Shown piece by piece: positions 1 through 12,930 of a DNA stretch of 64,000 nucleotides. The notes under the pieces are model-generated. The model was given only the letters and a program-made list of their open reading frames with translations. It did not search any database and was not told where the DNA came from. Each line of letters starts with the position of its first letter. The first letter of the stretch is position 1. Origin of the DNA: Dendrobates tinctorius (Eukaryota); NCBI RefSeq assembly GCF_039654945.1, contig NW_027361997.1, positions 2,108,001-2,172,000 of the forward strand, given 5' to 3'. The translations under genes were made by a program, and so were the position numbers.

Positions 1-23
1 TTCCAGATAACGACGGGCCCCAG

Positions 24-293
24 GTGTGTACCGTGATGCTGCACTGGGAAGGAGTCTCTGGTAGGCTGGACTCAAAGAGTCAGGAGACTCTGACAGGAAC
101 TCTGCTCGTTTTATCTCTGACTGAGAAAAACGTCAGGGTTCGCTGCGACCATGGGGTCATTGTGAACTATATGGTGGACAGAGTCATGATGGAAATGACA
201 ATGGGGGTTAAGTGTCAAGGTGGTAGTATGCCACCAAACTTAGTGCATACCTTTGAGAGGGGTCGGGACTTTGTGTTGTTTGATGATATATGG
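24..293 (+). pseudogene. Degenerate retrotransposon aspartic protease
   Basis: RLDSKSQETL...VRCDHG...GRDFVLFDDIW resembles the LDSGSxxTL...VxCIHG...LGRDFxxFxxLW pattern of vertebrate Gypsy proteases. The catalytic DSG has become DSK. Confidence 0.65.
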
Positions 294-749
294 CAGGAGG
301 ATGGAGACGTTCCTACTGTTGGGTTAGCAGACATGGTGACGGTGACGCCTGCTAAGCTGGACAGGTCAGTGGTAGAAGTGACCGGAAGAAGGGGTACGTC
401 TGCCCAACTTACGGACCTAACGTCTCGTGACATGACGGATGGTGGGCTGGGAGATGAGACGACTGGAGTGGACACACGGTCAGAGGGTAACTGGAGGATT
501 CTCTTGGATGGTTGGCGTGACTCAGACTCTAGGGGTGACTGTGGCTCTGAGAGAGAGAGGGAGCACAGACTAAATGAGCTAGAGAAAGACGTCTTCGAGC
601 TCAAAAGTCACCTGGCATCGTGGCAAGGTCTGAATAAGTCCCTCAGAGAAGAGGTAGGAGTACTCACAGAAACTGTAAGAGGTCTTCTGCGGGAGAAGTG
701 GGATGAAGACTTACAGCAGCCAGGCCTGAGTGATGAACAGAGTGAAGAC

Positions 750-1474
750 AAGAAGAAACTGGAGAGTATGGAAACAGATGATCCATATGCAAGAGAAACT
801 TGCTGCAGAGCATGCTAAAAGGTAAGCACAGCAGGAAAGAGAAACTGGCTGATGTGATTGCCAACAACAGTGGTAAAGATGCTCTGGCTTTGGAAGAAAA
901 GATGCGGTTAGAGTCTCGCATTGTTCAGCTGGAAGAAGTGGAGGAAGAGCACGGCAACGTTAAATTAGCCAATGACAGGCTGAGAAAGGCCACACTTCAG
1001 GTTGACCAGATGAGTACTGATTTGAATGCAGAACGTAATAAGGCTCAGAAGAACGAGAATGCCTGTCAGCAATTAGATCGCCAAAATAAGGAGTTAGAAG
1101 CAAAGGTTGCACAACTGGAGGAACAGCTTGATGCGGAAATTAAAGTGCGACAATCTGCAAGCAAAAAAGTACGTCATACGGAGAAAAAACTGAAGGTTGT
1201 ATTAAGGCAAATGGACGATGAAAGGCGTAGTTCTGAGCAGTACAAAGACCTGGCGGAGGGAAATGATGTGCGTCTGAAACAGTTGAAACGCCCGGTGGAA
1301 GAAGCGGACTTAGAGGCTCAACGTTCCAATACGTTGCACCGTAGATTACAGTGTGAACTGGAGGATGTTACAGGGACAGCAGGTGCAATGAACCATGAGG
1401 TTAATGCACTGGAAAGCAAACTGAGACGTGGTGGGGTACCATTTGTTACAAGACGCTTAGAGAAAGGATGGTGA
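750..1474 (+). pseudogene. MYH9: Processed (intronless) fragment of the non-muscle myosin II heavy-chain C-terminal coiled-coil tail, inside the LTR element
   Basis: [31 protein letters not shown]...[18 protein letters not shown]...[14 protein letters not shown] matches the recalled MYH9 tail ([31 protein letters not shown]...KNKLRRGDLPFVV). Homology extends upstream ([29 protein letters not shown]) with frameshifts and a stop. About 22 aa are deleted between NKEL and EAKV. No introns. Confidence 0.85.
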
Positions 1475-1681
1475 CTAAACAGTGTCTGACGACGCAGACA
1501 GACCATGACCGATTTTCTGACCGCTGGGGGCGGGGGAGGCCTAACATAGGGATGAGGCCGTATGACAGATGGAGACAGTTTTCTCTCGACCTGTGGGGCA
1601 GGGTGTAATGAGTGCCCGGTCTCGAGATCCTGGTGTAATGGTGTGTGTTCAACCCCACAAATTTGAAGAGGGGGGGAGGTA

Positions 1682-2494
1682 TGTGGTGTAGTGACCACTG
1701 TGTCCGCTAGGGGGCGCTGTGTGGGTGTCCCAGGATGAACGGATAGCCTTGTCCAGAGTGGTAACAGGAGCAGGGTGCTAAAGGATCGTTATGTATCTCC
1801 AGGTGGGTGGCCTTGGGATGGAGGCTTGCTTATGTGCTGATCAGCAGAGCTGATCTTTCGTTCCAATGTGTCAGGGAGAAGTCTCCATCTAGCTGGTGAG
1901 ACGGGCGGAACCAGTTACCTACAAACCCACTCACCTACAAACCCACCCAGGGAGTGTGTTTAAAAACGCTGTAAAGTGTGTATGAGTGGTTGAAGGACAT
2001 GTGATGGGGTCATAGCCATGTGACCCGGTGGGCGTGGCTACGGACCATATAAGGTGGCCAGGGTAGGTCACATGGAGTGAATGTTGGGACCTGGTTGGTC
2101 CGTTTTGGAAGGTCCCGTCTGAGAGAGATGGGGCTGTCTTCCTGACAGCAAGTGAATGCTGTGTTTAATGGCTGCACGTGCCTGATAGTTCCCTTGAGGG
2201 AATGGACGTCTGCTGCGTGGTGAAGCAGCCATGAGGTAAACCCAGAGAGGGGATACAACTGAGGCTGAGAGCCTGTGTGCTGGACATGGCACAACCTGTG
2301 TGACCCCAGGGATAACAGTGAAGCTCTGTCATGGACGCCATGCTGTTAATATCAACTTTATGTTGCTGGTCAGGGTTTATGATGCCTAAATAAACCGCAT
2401 GGACTGTGATTGTTTTTATGGAAAACTTGTGCCGGATGTGATTTATTGGCTGCCAAGCGAGTATCCCCTACCTGAATGACAGCGCTACCTTACA
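1682..2494 (+). repeat. 3' LTR
   Basis: Follows the PPT. Runs TGTGGTGTAG...CTACCTTACA (imperfect terminal inverted repeat), with TATA-like CATATAAG near 2046 and AATAAA at 2389-2394. The right boundary is approximate. Confidence 0.7.
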
Positions 2495-3989
2495 CTATTA
2501 TACTATTCCTCTTCCTCTTGCTCACATCCCTGCATACAGTCCCATCGATACTGCCCCCCCACACCACTCAGTATGGACACAGTATACAGACTATCTCCTC
2601 ACCCATTTCCTCCCTGTTCTCCCCATACTGTTTCCTCACAAGATTCCCCCCTGCTTCTAAAACTTGTCTTAAGCCCAATATAAGGCTATGTGCACACGGT
2701 GCGGATCCGCAGTGTTTTTGATGCGTGGAATTGCAACAAATAAGCAATGTAGTGCCTAACCAATGTTAATCAATGGGAATCCAGAATTGCTGTGCATATG
2801 CTGCGGAAACATCCGCGCACATTCACATTTTATTTTTCGCAGCATAATTCTTTTTGCGGATCTGCAGCGTTTCTGCACCCATTGACTTGCATTGAGTCAG
2901 TCAAATACGCATCTAAACCGCAGGTGTAAAAAGGTCTGCGGATTTGCATGCCAAAAACGCTGCAGATAGGGAGAAGAGTGTGTGGGCGGAGACTGTGTGA
3001 GCGGAGAATATGTGCGTGACAGTGTCTGTGTGCCTGTCAGGCATCTTCTGATGGGTCTGCTACTCCCATCCAGTTATGTCTGGTGTCACATATATCCGTG
3101 ACAGCATGAGCCAATGATGGGATAGTAGTCCCATCATCCGGTGACTGTGTTCAAGTGTAAAACAAAAAAAACACATTATACTCACCCAACACCTAATTCC
3201 CTGATGCCCTCCTGTAATAAAAATAAAATAATAAACCACCATAAATACTCCCTGGTCCACTGTAGTCCTAAATAACGAGTGTCCCACAACGATCTCACGA
3301 GTAGAACATTAAAGATCGAGACATATGATTGCTCTACACGGCTCCGGTGATACAGTGCGGGAGGATAGCTCCTGTCTCTGTATCACTACGCCGCCATCCG
3401 AGGTCACTGGAGTTCATGCTGTCACTTGTGCCACCACTGCGTGAGAAAATTCTCACAGCAGTGGTGCTGTAAAGTGACAGCACGAATTCCGGTAACCTGT
3501 CAGTGTATCACCGGAGCTGATGTGACTGTCTACAGGTGAGATTGTCGTGGGACACTCGTTATTTTGGACTTCATCAGACCAGGGAGTATTTGTGTTGGTT
3601 TATTATTTTATTTTTGTTGCAGGAAATGAGGGATTCGGGGATTAGGCGATGCAGTAAGTATGGAAAATTAAGATTAATAAAGGAGTCTGTTTGCTTATTT
3701 CAAATAAAGGACTTTATTTTGGGTGTCTGTGTTTATTTACCATGTAACTATAGGATTAGTAATGGATAGGTATCTTATGGATGCCTGTCCATTATTAAAC
3801 CGTGGGCTTGATGTCAATACAAAGGTGACATCAACCCCACAACTATTATCCCACTTGCCACCACTACAGGGCAAGTGGGAAGTGAGGAGGCTAAGTGCCA
3901 GAATTGGCGCATCTATAAGATGCGCCATTTCTGGGGCAGCTGAGAGCTGATGCTTTTATCCATGGCCCCTTCTCAGGCTATTAACATCA

Positions 3990-4950
3990 TGTTAGGGACG
4001 GCGGAACGCACTAAATATAAAGTAATAGAAAGTGCGTTCGCCGCCCGGGGTCCACCGTGCAGGTGTTAAACTGCTGCTATAGAATGGCAGACGCACAATA
4101 TGGCGGTATATCGCACACGGATTGAACGTCAACCTGGTGTGCACTGGGCGTACTCTGTTATATTTGCAGAGTCGCCTTAAGGCATAAACATAAATGCCGA
4201 GCCTGTTGATCTCGCAGGTCGCAGCGGTGTACACGCATGGTATATGGTCACAGGACTCAGGCCCAAGACACAGGGACATTGTCAGTCTAGACCTACCATG
4301 CGTACGGCGTCGCTACCGGGGACGCCCACAAGTGCTGCTGACCGCAGCGCTGCAACTGACCCAGCCGCTATACGACAATGCCCAGGAGGGGCGCACTGTC
4401 GGATGCTAGCTCTGTGGAGATGAGCACTGTGGCTGGTAGTATGTCACTGACTGGCGCTGACTCTAAGGCTAAGTCCATATCCACACACGTAATATCAGAG
4501 GGAAGGGATCTTAATGAGTCATTCGCAGGTTCATGCATCCATCATCATTCACACAGTAGCAATTAGAGACTACACTAGCGCATGGCCGAGCGGCCATGCG
4601 GACCTTTTATAGTCGAGCGGGACCTTCCCGATCTCTGGGATGGACCAGTCAAATCAGGAGAAGGACCTGAGCACGTGACTCCCGATCTCCAATGGGAGAT
4701 CGTCTCATGAGCATGCCCAGTAGCGTGACGAGGGGACTTAGCCACTGGAGTGGCTTGCTGCAGGACAGCCTGCGCTGCTATTGCTGACCCAGAGGTGGCA
4801 GCAACAACCAGCCCTACAGAGCTGGTCTGAGCAGAGCGCCTGCGACGCTGAGATTGCTGTGCAGGCTCCTGAGTGGTTGGAGAATGGGAGACCGCAGGAT
4901 GCAAGGCTCTGGATTCCTGCTGTGCAGCTGCAGGAACCCGACGCCTAACA
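3990..4950 (-). mobile_element. Solo LTR
   Basis: TGTTAGG...CCTAACA termini and a 5-bp TSD CATCA (3985-3989, 4951-4955). A TATAAAA motif lies on the minus strand near 4605; orientation is tentative. Confidence 0.85.
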
Positions 4951-5140
4951 CATCAGCCCTCAGGCGTCGGCTTTCCCTCTGCTGGTTATGAAAATTACGC
5001 AGCAGCCCACACAATTTTTTTTAAATTATTTTTGTAAAATAAACAGATATTGCGTTTGATGCAGATTTTGTGTGTGTGTCTTTTACTTAACTCTTTATGT
5101 ACCATTTTGTTAATGAGGATATCTGGCTGACACATACGTA

Positions 5141-5178
<38 letters not shown>

Positions 5179-5180
<2 letters not shown>

Positions 5181-6703
5181 CTGCTCAAAAAATAAAGGGA
5201 ACACTTAAGCAACAGAATATAACTCCAAGTAAATCAAACTTTTGTAAAATCAAACTTTCCAGTTAGGAAGCAACACTGATTGACAATCAATTTCACATGC
5301 TGTGCAAATGGAATAGACAACAGATGGAAATTATTGGAAAATTATCAAGACACACTCAATAAAGGAGTGGTTCTGCAGGTGGAAACCACATTTCAGTACC
5401 AATGCTTTTTGCCTGATATTTTGGTCACTTTTGAATGTTGGTTGTGCTTTCACACTCGTGGTAGCATGAGACATACACTACAACCCACCCATGTGGCTCA
5501 GGTAGTGCAGCTCACCCAGGATGGCACATCAATGCGAGCTGTGACAAGGTTTGCGGTTTCTGTCAGCGTAGTGTCCAGAGGCGCTACCAGGAGACAGGCC
5601 AGTACACCAGGAAACGTGGAGGGGGCCGTAGGAGGGCAACAACCCAGCAGCAGAACCGCTACTTCAGCCTTTGTGCGAGGAACAGGAGGAGCACTGCCAG
5701 AGCCCTGCAAAATGACCTCCAGCAGGCCACAAATGTTCCTGTCTGCACAAACGGTTAGAAACAGACTCCATGAGTATTGTCTGAGTGCCCAACGTCCACA
5801 GATGGGGGTTGTGTTGACAGCCCAACACCGTGCAGCACGCTTGGCATTTGCCACAGAACTCCAGGATTGGAAAATTCGCCACTGGCACCCTGTGCTCTTC
5901 ACAGATAAAAGCAGGTTCACACTGAGCACGTGACAGACGAGACTCTGGAGAGCAATCTGCTGCCTGCAACATCCTTCAGCATGGTTTGGCAGTGGGTCAG
6001 TAATGGTGTGAGGTGCATTTCTTTGGAGGTCTGCACAGCCATCCATGTGCTCGCCAGAGGTAGCCTGACTGCCATTAGGTACCGAGATGAGATCCTCAGA
6101 CCCCTTATGAGAACATATGCTGGCGCGGTTGGCCCTGGGTTTCTCCTAATGCAGGACAATGCCAAATCTCATGTGGCTGGTGTGTCAGCAGTTCCTGCAA
6201 GATGAAGGCATTGAAGCTATGGACTGGCCCACATGTTCCCCAGACCTGAATCCGATTGAACACATCTGGAACATCATGTCTCGCTCCATCCACTGTCACG
6301 TTGCACCAGACTGTCCAGGAGTTGGCGGATGCTTTAGTCCAGGTCTGAGAGGAGATCCCTCATGACATCCGCCAACTCAGCAGGAGCATGCCCAGGTGTC
6401 GTAGGGAGGGTCAAACAGGCACGTGGAGGCCACGCACACACACTACTGAGCATAATTTCCTTGTCTTGAGGCATTTCCACTGAAGTTGGATCAGCCTGTA
6501 ATTTGATTTTCCACTTTAATTTTGAGTATCCTTTCAAATCCAGACCTCCACGGGATATTAATTTTGATTTACATTGATCATTTTTATATTTTCTTGTTCT
6601 CAACGCATGCCACTGTTTAATGAATAAAGATTTACAGTTGCGATATTTCATTCAGTAATATCTACGATGTGGTATCTTAGTGTTCCTTTTATTTTTTTTG
6701 AGA

Positions 6704-6707
<4 letters not shown>
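5179..6707 (+). mobile_element. Tc1-like transposon with a decayed transposase (~5466-6449)
   Basis: TIRs CTGCTCAAAAAATAAAGGGAACAC / GTGTTCCTTTTATTTTTTTTGAGAAG within TA/TG microsatellites. Motifs VLFTDKSRF, LMQDNA and SPDLNPIEHIW are spread over shifted frames. Confidence 0.9.
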
Positions 6708-6769
<62 letters not shown>

Positions 6770-7036
6770 TATATAGATATTATATTCACTTGTATTTGTT
6801 TTGTGTGTGTAAACATATTTGAATATGGAATGTAATGATATTATGGTCTTCAATGGAGAATGTAAAAGAGGTTGGACAAGGAAATGACATCACAGTTTAT
6901 TTTTTTTGTTAAATAATACATTTTTATTTAGCTTGCAAATCCACATCAAAAAAGCATGGATTTTCAACTGCATTTTCTGCCAACAGAGGAAGAATCTACG
7001 CAGATTTTTACAAGAGCAAATCCGCAACGTGTACAT

Positions 7037-8017
7037 TAGGATGACCGCAAAAAATCGATGTCGGAATTTTGTCCGTCTGGACCCCACAAAACGATTCCCC
7101 TTTCCAGATATTGAGAGAGCCAAAATTTGAGCTCGATCAAACGACGTTAACCCGTGCCGCTCGTCGCTCAAAGTTTGAAAAAATCCAAATTGAGGTATTT
7201 TAAGATTTAGGTATTTTGCATAGTCTGTTAGACTATAAAGAATGTGACAACAACATTGCAGAAATAGCCCTGTCCAAATTTTCAAACCATTTGTGGTATT
7301 TGAATGCAGAGTTGGTGGGATTATCGTTTTTTGATCCCACCATTACAGACAATGAAAAGTTGTTAATGGCTAATAAATTGCGCAGTAGCACAGATGAACC
7401 ATCAGAGCACGCTAGGGTTGTAAATCCAAAAGTTAGGAAAGAAAAATTAAAAGAGGTAAGAAGTAACAGACTTTAACGACCTTCTGACAAAAGATGAAGA
7501 ACAAAAGCAATATGTCCTGCAAGTTGTAAGCAAATGCCGAGCATTATATTCTGACGTTTCAAAAACTACTTTAACAAAAGCTCTAGAATAGATTAGATAA
7601 CTATGTAAAATTATCAACTCATGTAGGTTAGCGTTCTCTGATGGTTCATCTGTGCTACTGAGCAATTTATTAGCCATTAACAACTTTTCATTGTCTGTAA
7701 TGGTGGGATCAAAAAACGATAATCCCACCAACTCTGCATTCAAATACCACAAATGGTTCGAAAATTTGGTCAGGGCTATTTCTGCAATGTTGTTGTCACA
7801 TTCTTTATAGTCTAACAGACTATGCAAAATACCTAAATCTTAAAATACCTCAATTTGGATTTTTTCAAACTTTGAGCGACGAGCGGCACGGGTTAACGTC
7901 GTTTGATCGAGCTCAAATTTTGGCTCTCTCAATATCTGGAAAGGGGAATCGTTTTGTGGGGTCCAGACGAATAAGATTCTGACATTTTTTCCCCCCATAT
8001 GAGATCCGGTCACCCTA
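7037..8017. mobile_element. Foldback (palindromic) hAT/hATm-type derivative
   Basis: 8-bp TSD GTGTACAT (7029-7036, 8018-8025) and TIR TAGGATGACCG / CGGTCACCCTA. Near-perfect inverted arms ~7072-7408 and ~7636-7970 both encode the transposase fragment ALxKFSNHLWYLNAELVGLSFFD. Confidence 0.85.
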
Positions 8018-9080
8018 GTGTACATATACCCTAAGTACTTACCTTGCCGCTGATCACTTCCTCCAGCAGTGTGATCAGCTGAACTGACACTATTGATGTC
8101 GCCCTAATGGGCCGGTGCACAGGGTTTCAATTATACTCGAGTCTGAAAGACGTGAATGCGACTGAATGCTGGGATCTGACAGTTAATTTGACACCTGTCT
8201 CCAAGAAAGCTCAAATTCCACTCCAGGAGGTGGTATGCCACTGCCTGGGGTCATCTCAGACTGCCACATTAGGTGGCCTGACTGTATTCTCCTGCTAACT
8301 GCATCAAGAGAACATGCCCTGCCTACCTCCCACCTCTAGATATGCCCTTGGCCATTTCTGGCAGTCCCATTGACTATAAATGGAGCAAAAGTATGTGCAC
8401 GTCCAATAAATTTAAGATGGGGCTACAGTGACCTGGGCTCAGGAATCCAGGACCCCTAAGTAGGGATCAGTGTGTGCCTGACCACTGGCACCCCCGGTGA
8501 TCCTGCAATGCATAGGGGATAACTTTAGATATTTTGAAAAACCCTTTAAGATTTCAGTGTTGTGTGACATACAGTCCTGATTCCAAGGCTGATGCTCACA
8601 GTATGGGTCGACGGGCACTGATAACAGAGGTGATCTTTGATCGTTTATCTCCTTAGATACAGTGATCTATAGTTAAAAAAAAAAAATATATATATATATA
8701 AATAAATCAAGAAAAATAGGCAGCACTCCAAATTAAATGTAAAAAAAGTGGATACTTTACTGATCATCTTTATCATATATATATTTATTACAAATCTAAA
8801 GTGACTAATACTATCCATGAAATATCTACAGTACAGATTCCAAATGTATGATCGATGTAAGGCCCTGGTGTGAATGGATTGGTAGTGTGCGTGCATGAGC
8901 TCAGTCAGCACTCCCTTTCTTTGCCTCTTTATCCTATGTGCCAGCCTGCTGCTTAAACCTGGTTCACACAAGCTTTCTCTTCAAGAAGCTGACACAATGT
9001 AACAGATCAGCTCCCAATTCACTGGGTAGATCACATGGCAATGGCAGTGTGTGTAAACTAAGCCCAGTTCCCTTCATTTA

Positions 9081-9632
9081 CGAGGGGCGCCTGAGAAGTT
9101 CGAGGCCCACCCATGAAATCTTTTTTGCATGGCCTTGTTTTGCAATGCAATATGTTATTTAGTTAGTTGAATCGTCTCATGAGCAATCTGGATTTATTTT
9201 GATTTTTTTTGTTTCCGTTACAGCATTTTAAAGTTGGGTCGGAAGGCTGAAATATGGAAATGGAGAAGTTGGCAAAGTTCACACATCGGCTGCTGCAATT
9301 CACTGCTGTGGTTTCCAACTGCTTCAGCACCCACCCTATTCCCCTGATTTGGCTCCCTCGGACTATCACCTATTCCCACAGATGAAAAAGCACCTTGGTG
9401 GAATTGCAGCCATTGCAACAGCCGATGTGTGAACTTTGCCAACTTCTCCATTTCCATATTTCAGCCTTGCAACCCAACTTTAAAATGCTGTAACGGAAAC
9501 AAAAAAAAAATCAAAATGAATCCAGATTGTTCATGAGACCATTCAACTAACTAAATAACATATTGCATTGCAAAACAAGACCATACAAAAAAGATTTCAT
9601 GGGTGGGCCTCGAAGTTTTCAGGCGCCCCTTG
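9081..9632. mobile_element. Foldback mariner-derived MITE
   Basis: TA TSD, TIR CGAGGGGCGCCTGA / TCAGGCGCCCCTTG and ~220-bp inverted arms. The central spacer encodes HPPYSPDLAPSDYHLFPQMKKHLGG (9328-9402), the mariner third-catalytic-Asp motif. Confidence 0.9.
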
Positions 9633-12244
9633 TATTTTTATTAAAAAATAAAAAGTGAAATATTAAACAGAAAACTGTGTAACGCACAGAGCAGGTTTTT
9701 GCTTCCTTTTTATGCTAAGAAATAATGGAACGGAAATGAGTGCATGTGTGAGTCTGGCTGGGTACGACCCTAGGTCCATCATTTGTTCAGCCCCTAAGCA
9801 GAATGGATGAGGGTGTTTTTGTTTTTGCAGGCATTCCTGTATTTGAAATTATGGAGCAGAAAAATGGAACGCCAATTACTAGTGTGAACCCAGCCTTAGT
9901 ACTACCAGCAAAGGGTTGTTGGATTTGGGGCGCACTATGCCTTCTGCCAGTCATGTATAAAAGCCACATGTCAGAGAAAACATGCAGCAGTTGCCTAGAG
10001 CATCAACCACCTCTCACAGATGTAATTTGGTTGCCAGAAACAATTGCATCAGACTTTTCTATATCAGGGAATATAAAGCACCAGAATAGCACTGCACCAG
10101 TATGAGCCTGCCCCAGTATAACACTGCACTAGTATGAGCCCGCCCCATTATAACACTGCCCCAGTATAACACTGCACCGATATGAGCCCGCTCCAGTATA
10201 ACACTGCACCGATATGAGCCCGCCCCAGTATAACACTGCACCAGTATGAGCCTGCCCCAGTATAACACTACACCAATATGAGGCCGCCCCAGTATAACAC
10301 TGCACTAGTATGAGCCTGCCCCAGTATAACACTACACAAGTATGAGCCTGCCCCAGTATAACACTGCGCCAGTATGAGCCCACCCCATTATAACACTGCA
10401 CCAGTATGAGCCTGCCCCAGTATAACACTGCACCAGTATGAGCCCGCCCCAGTATAACACTGCACCAGTATGAGCCCGCCCCTGTATAACACTGCACCAG
10501 TATAACACTGCACCAGTATGAGCCCGCCCCAGTATAACACTGCACCGATATGAGCCCGCCCCAGTATAACACTGCACCGATATGAGCCCGCCCCAGTATA
10601 ACACTGCACCGATATGAGCCCGCCCCAGTATAACACTGCACCGATATGAGCCCGCCCCAGTATAACACTGCACCAGTATAACACTACACAAGTATGAGCC
10701 CACCCCAGAATAACACTACGCCAGTATGAGCCCACCCCCAGAATAACACACCAGTATGAGCATGCCCCAGTATAACACTACACCAGTATGAGCCCACCCC
10801 AGAATAACACTACGCCAGTATGAGCCCGCCCCAGTATAACACAACACCAGTATGAGCCCGCCCCAGTATAACACAACACCAGTATGAGCCCGCCCCAGTA
10901 TAACACTACACCAGTATGAGCCTGCCCCAGTATAACACTACACCAGTATGAGCCCACCCCAGAATAATACTGCGCCAGTATAACACTATGACACTGCACC
11001 AGTATGAGCCTGCCCCAGTATAACACTGCGCCAGTATGAGCCCGCCCCATTATAACACTGCACCAGTATGAGCCCTCCCCAGTATAACACTGCACCAGTA
11101 TGAGCCCGCCCCAGTATAACACTGCACCGATATGAGCCCACCCCAGTATAACACTACACCAGTATGAGCCCACCCCAGAATAACACGCCAGTATGAGCCC
11201 GCCCCAGTATAACACAACACCAGTATGAGCCCGCCCCAGTATAACACTACACCAGTATGAGCCTGCCCCAGTACAACACTACACCAGTATGAGCCCACCC
11301 CAGAATAACACTACGCCAGTATGAGCCCGCCCCAGTATAATACTGCGCCAGTATAACACTATGACACTGCACCAGTATGAGCCTGCCCCAGTATAACACT
11401 AATCCAGTAAGCGCCCGCCCCAGTATAACACTACACCAGTATGAGACTGCCCCAGTATAACACTGCACCAGTATGAGCCCGCCCCAGTATAACACTGCAC
11501 CAGTATGAGCCCGCCCCAGTATAACACTACACCAGTATGAGCCCGCCCCAGGATAACACTACGCCAGTATGAGCCCACCCTAGTATAACACTACGCCAGT
11601 ATGAGCCCGCCCCAGTATAACACTGCGCCAGTATGAGCCTGCCCCAGTATAACACTAATCCAGTAAGCGCCCGCCCCAGTATAACACTGCACCAGTATGA
11701 GCCTGCCCCGGTATAACACTGCCCCAGTATAACACTGCACCAGTATGAGCCCGCCCCAGTATAACACTACACCAGTATGAGCCCACCCCAGTATAACACT
11801 GCACCAGTATAAGTCTGCCCCAGTATAACACTACACCAGTATGAGCCCGCCCCAGTATAACATTGCCCCGATATGAGCCCACCCCAGTATAACATTGCCC
11901 CCGATATGAGCCCGCCCCAGTATAACATTGCCCCGATATGAGCCCGCCCCAGTATAACACTACACCAGTATGAGCCCGCCCCAGTATAACGCTGCACCAG
12001 TAAGAGCCTTCCCCAGTATAACACTGCACCAGTATGAGCCCACCCCAATATAACACTACACCAGTATGAGCCCGCCCAGTATAACACTACACCAGTATGA
12101 GCCCGCCCCAGTATAACACTGCACCAGTATGAGCCTGCCCCAGTATAACACTACACCAGTATGAGCCCGACCCAGTATAACACTGCACCAGTATGAGCCT
12201 GCCCCAGTATAACACTGCACTGATATGAGCCCGCCCCAGTATAA

Positions 12245-12538
12245 GGGTACGTGCACACTCTGCGGATTTGGCGGCGCGGATTTTGTAAAATCCGCAGGTA
12301 AATCTGCAGGTCAAAAGACCTGCGGTTTTACCTGCGGATTTTCATCTCCACAATGGAGGAGATGGCAAAGCGCAGCGAAATCCGCAGAAAGAATTGACAT
12401 GTCAATTCTTTCTGCGGTTTAAAAACCGCAGGAAAACCGCGTGGAAAAATCTGCATCGTCTGCACTGCGGTTTTTAATATCCATAGGATATTACGGTAGT
12501 GTACACCGCAGCAGAATCCGTAGCGTGTGCACACACCC
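12245..12538. mobile_element. PIF/Harbinger-type MITE
   Basis: TIR GGGTACGTGCACAC / GTGTGCACACACCC with TAA TSD. Confidence 0.85.
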
Positions 12539-12637
12539 TAACACTGCAACAGTATAAGTCTGCCCCAGTATAACACTACACCAGGATGAGCCTGCCCCAG
12601 TATGACACTGCACTGATATGAGCCCGCCCCAGTATAA

Positions 12638-12930
12638 GGGTACGTGCACAGACCTGCAGTTTTACCTGCGGATTGCTCTGCGGTTTTTCATCTCCACAAT
12701 GGAGATGGCAAACCGCAGCTAAATCCGCAGAAAGAATTGACATGTCAATTCTTTCTGCGGTTTAGAAACCGCAGGAAAACCGCGTGGAAAAATCCGCACC
12801 GTCTGCACTGAGGTTTTTAATATCCATAGGATATTATGGTACTGTACACTGCAGCAAAAACTGCTGCGGAACCGCAGCGGCCAAATCCGCTGCGGAACCG
12901 CAGCAGAATCCGCAGCGTGTGCACACACCC
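12638..12930. mobile_element. PIF/Harbinger-type MITE (second copy)
   Basis: Same TIRs, TAA TSD and internal sequence as 12245-12538. Confidence 0.85.

Larger units (their letters stand above)
1..2494 (+). mobile_element. 3' part of a non-autonomous Gypsy/Ty3-type LTR retrotransposon (5' end outside window)
   Basis: Degenerate retropepsin at 24-293, purine tract GAAGAGGGGGGGAGG at 1665-1679, then an LTR starting TGTGG at 1682. No RT, RNase H or integrase is recognisable between the protease and the PPT. Confidence 0.75.
2684..8031. mobile_element. Non-autonomous PIF/Harbinger-type DNA element hosting three nested insertions
   Basis: TAA at 2681-2683 and 8032-8034. Termini GGCTATGTGCACACG / CGTGTACAT..ATACCC, with the right end split by a hAT insertion. 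Internal palindrome ~3190-3630. Confidence 0.65.

Noticed and set aside
800-1474. Functional myh9 gene exon
   Set aside because: It spans a normally multi-exon region without introns, has a deletion plus an upstream frameshift and stop, and is embedded between a retro-protease and a PPT/LTR.
2495-2680. Signal-peptide-like ORF 2476-2721
   Set aside because: It straddles the LTR end and a MITE start, and is probably a pyrimidine-rich repeat remnant.
8640-9000. Possible Penelope-like terminal fragment (also ~29030-29330)
   Set aside because: Only a vague resemblance. No hammerhead core, TSD or ORF was found, so it was not called.
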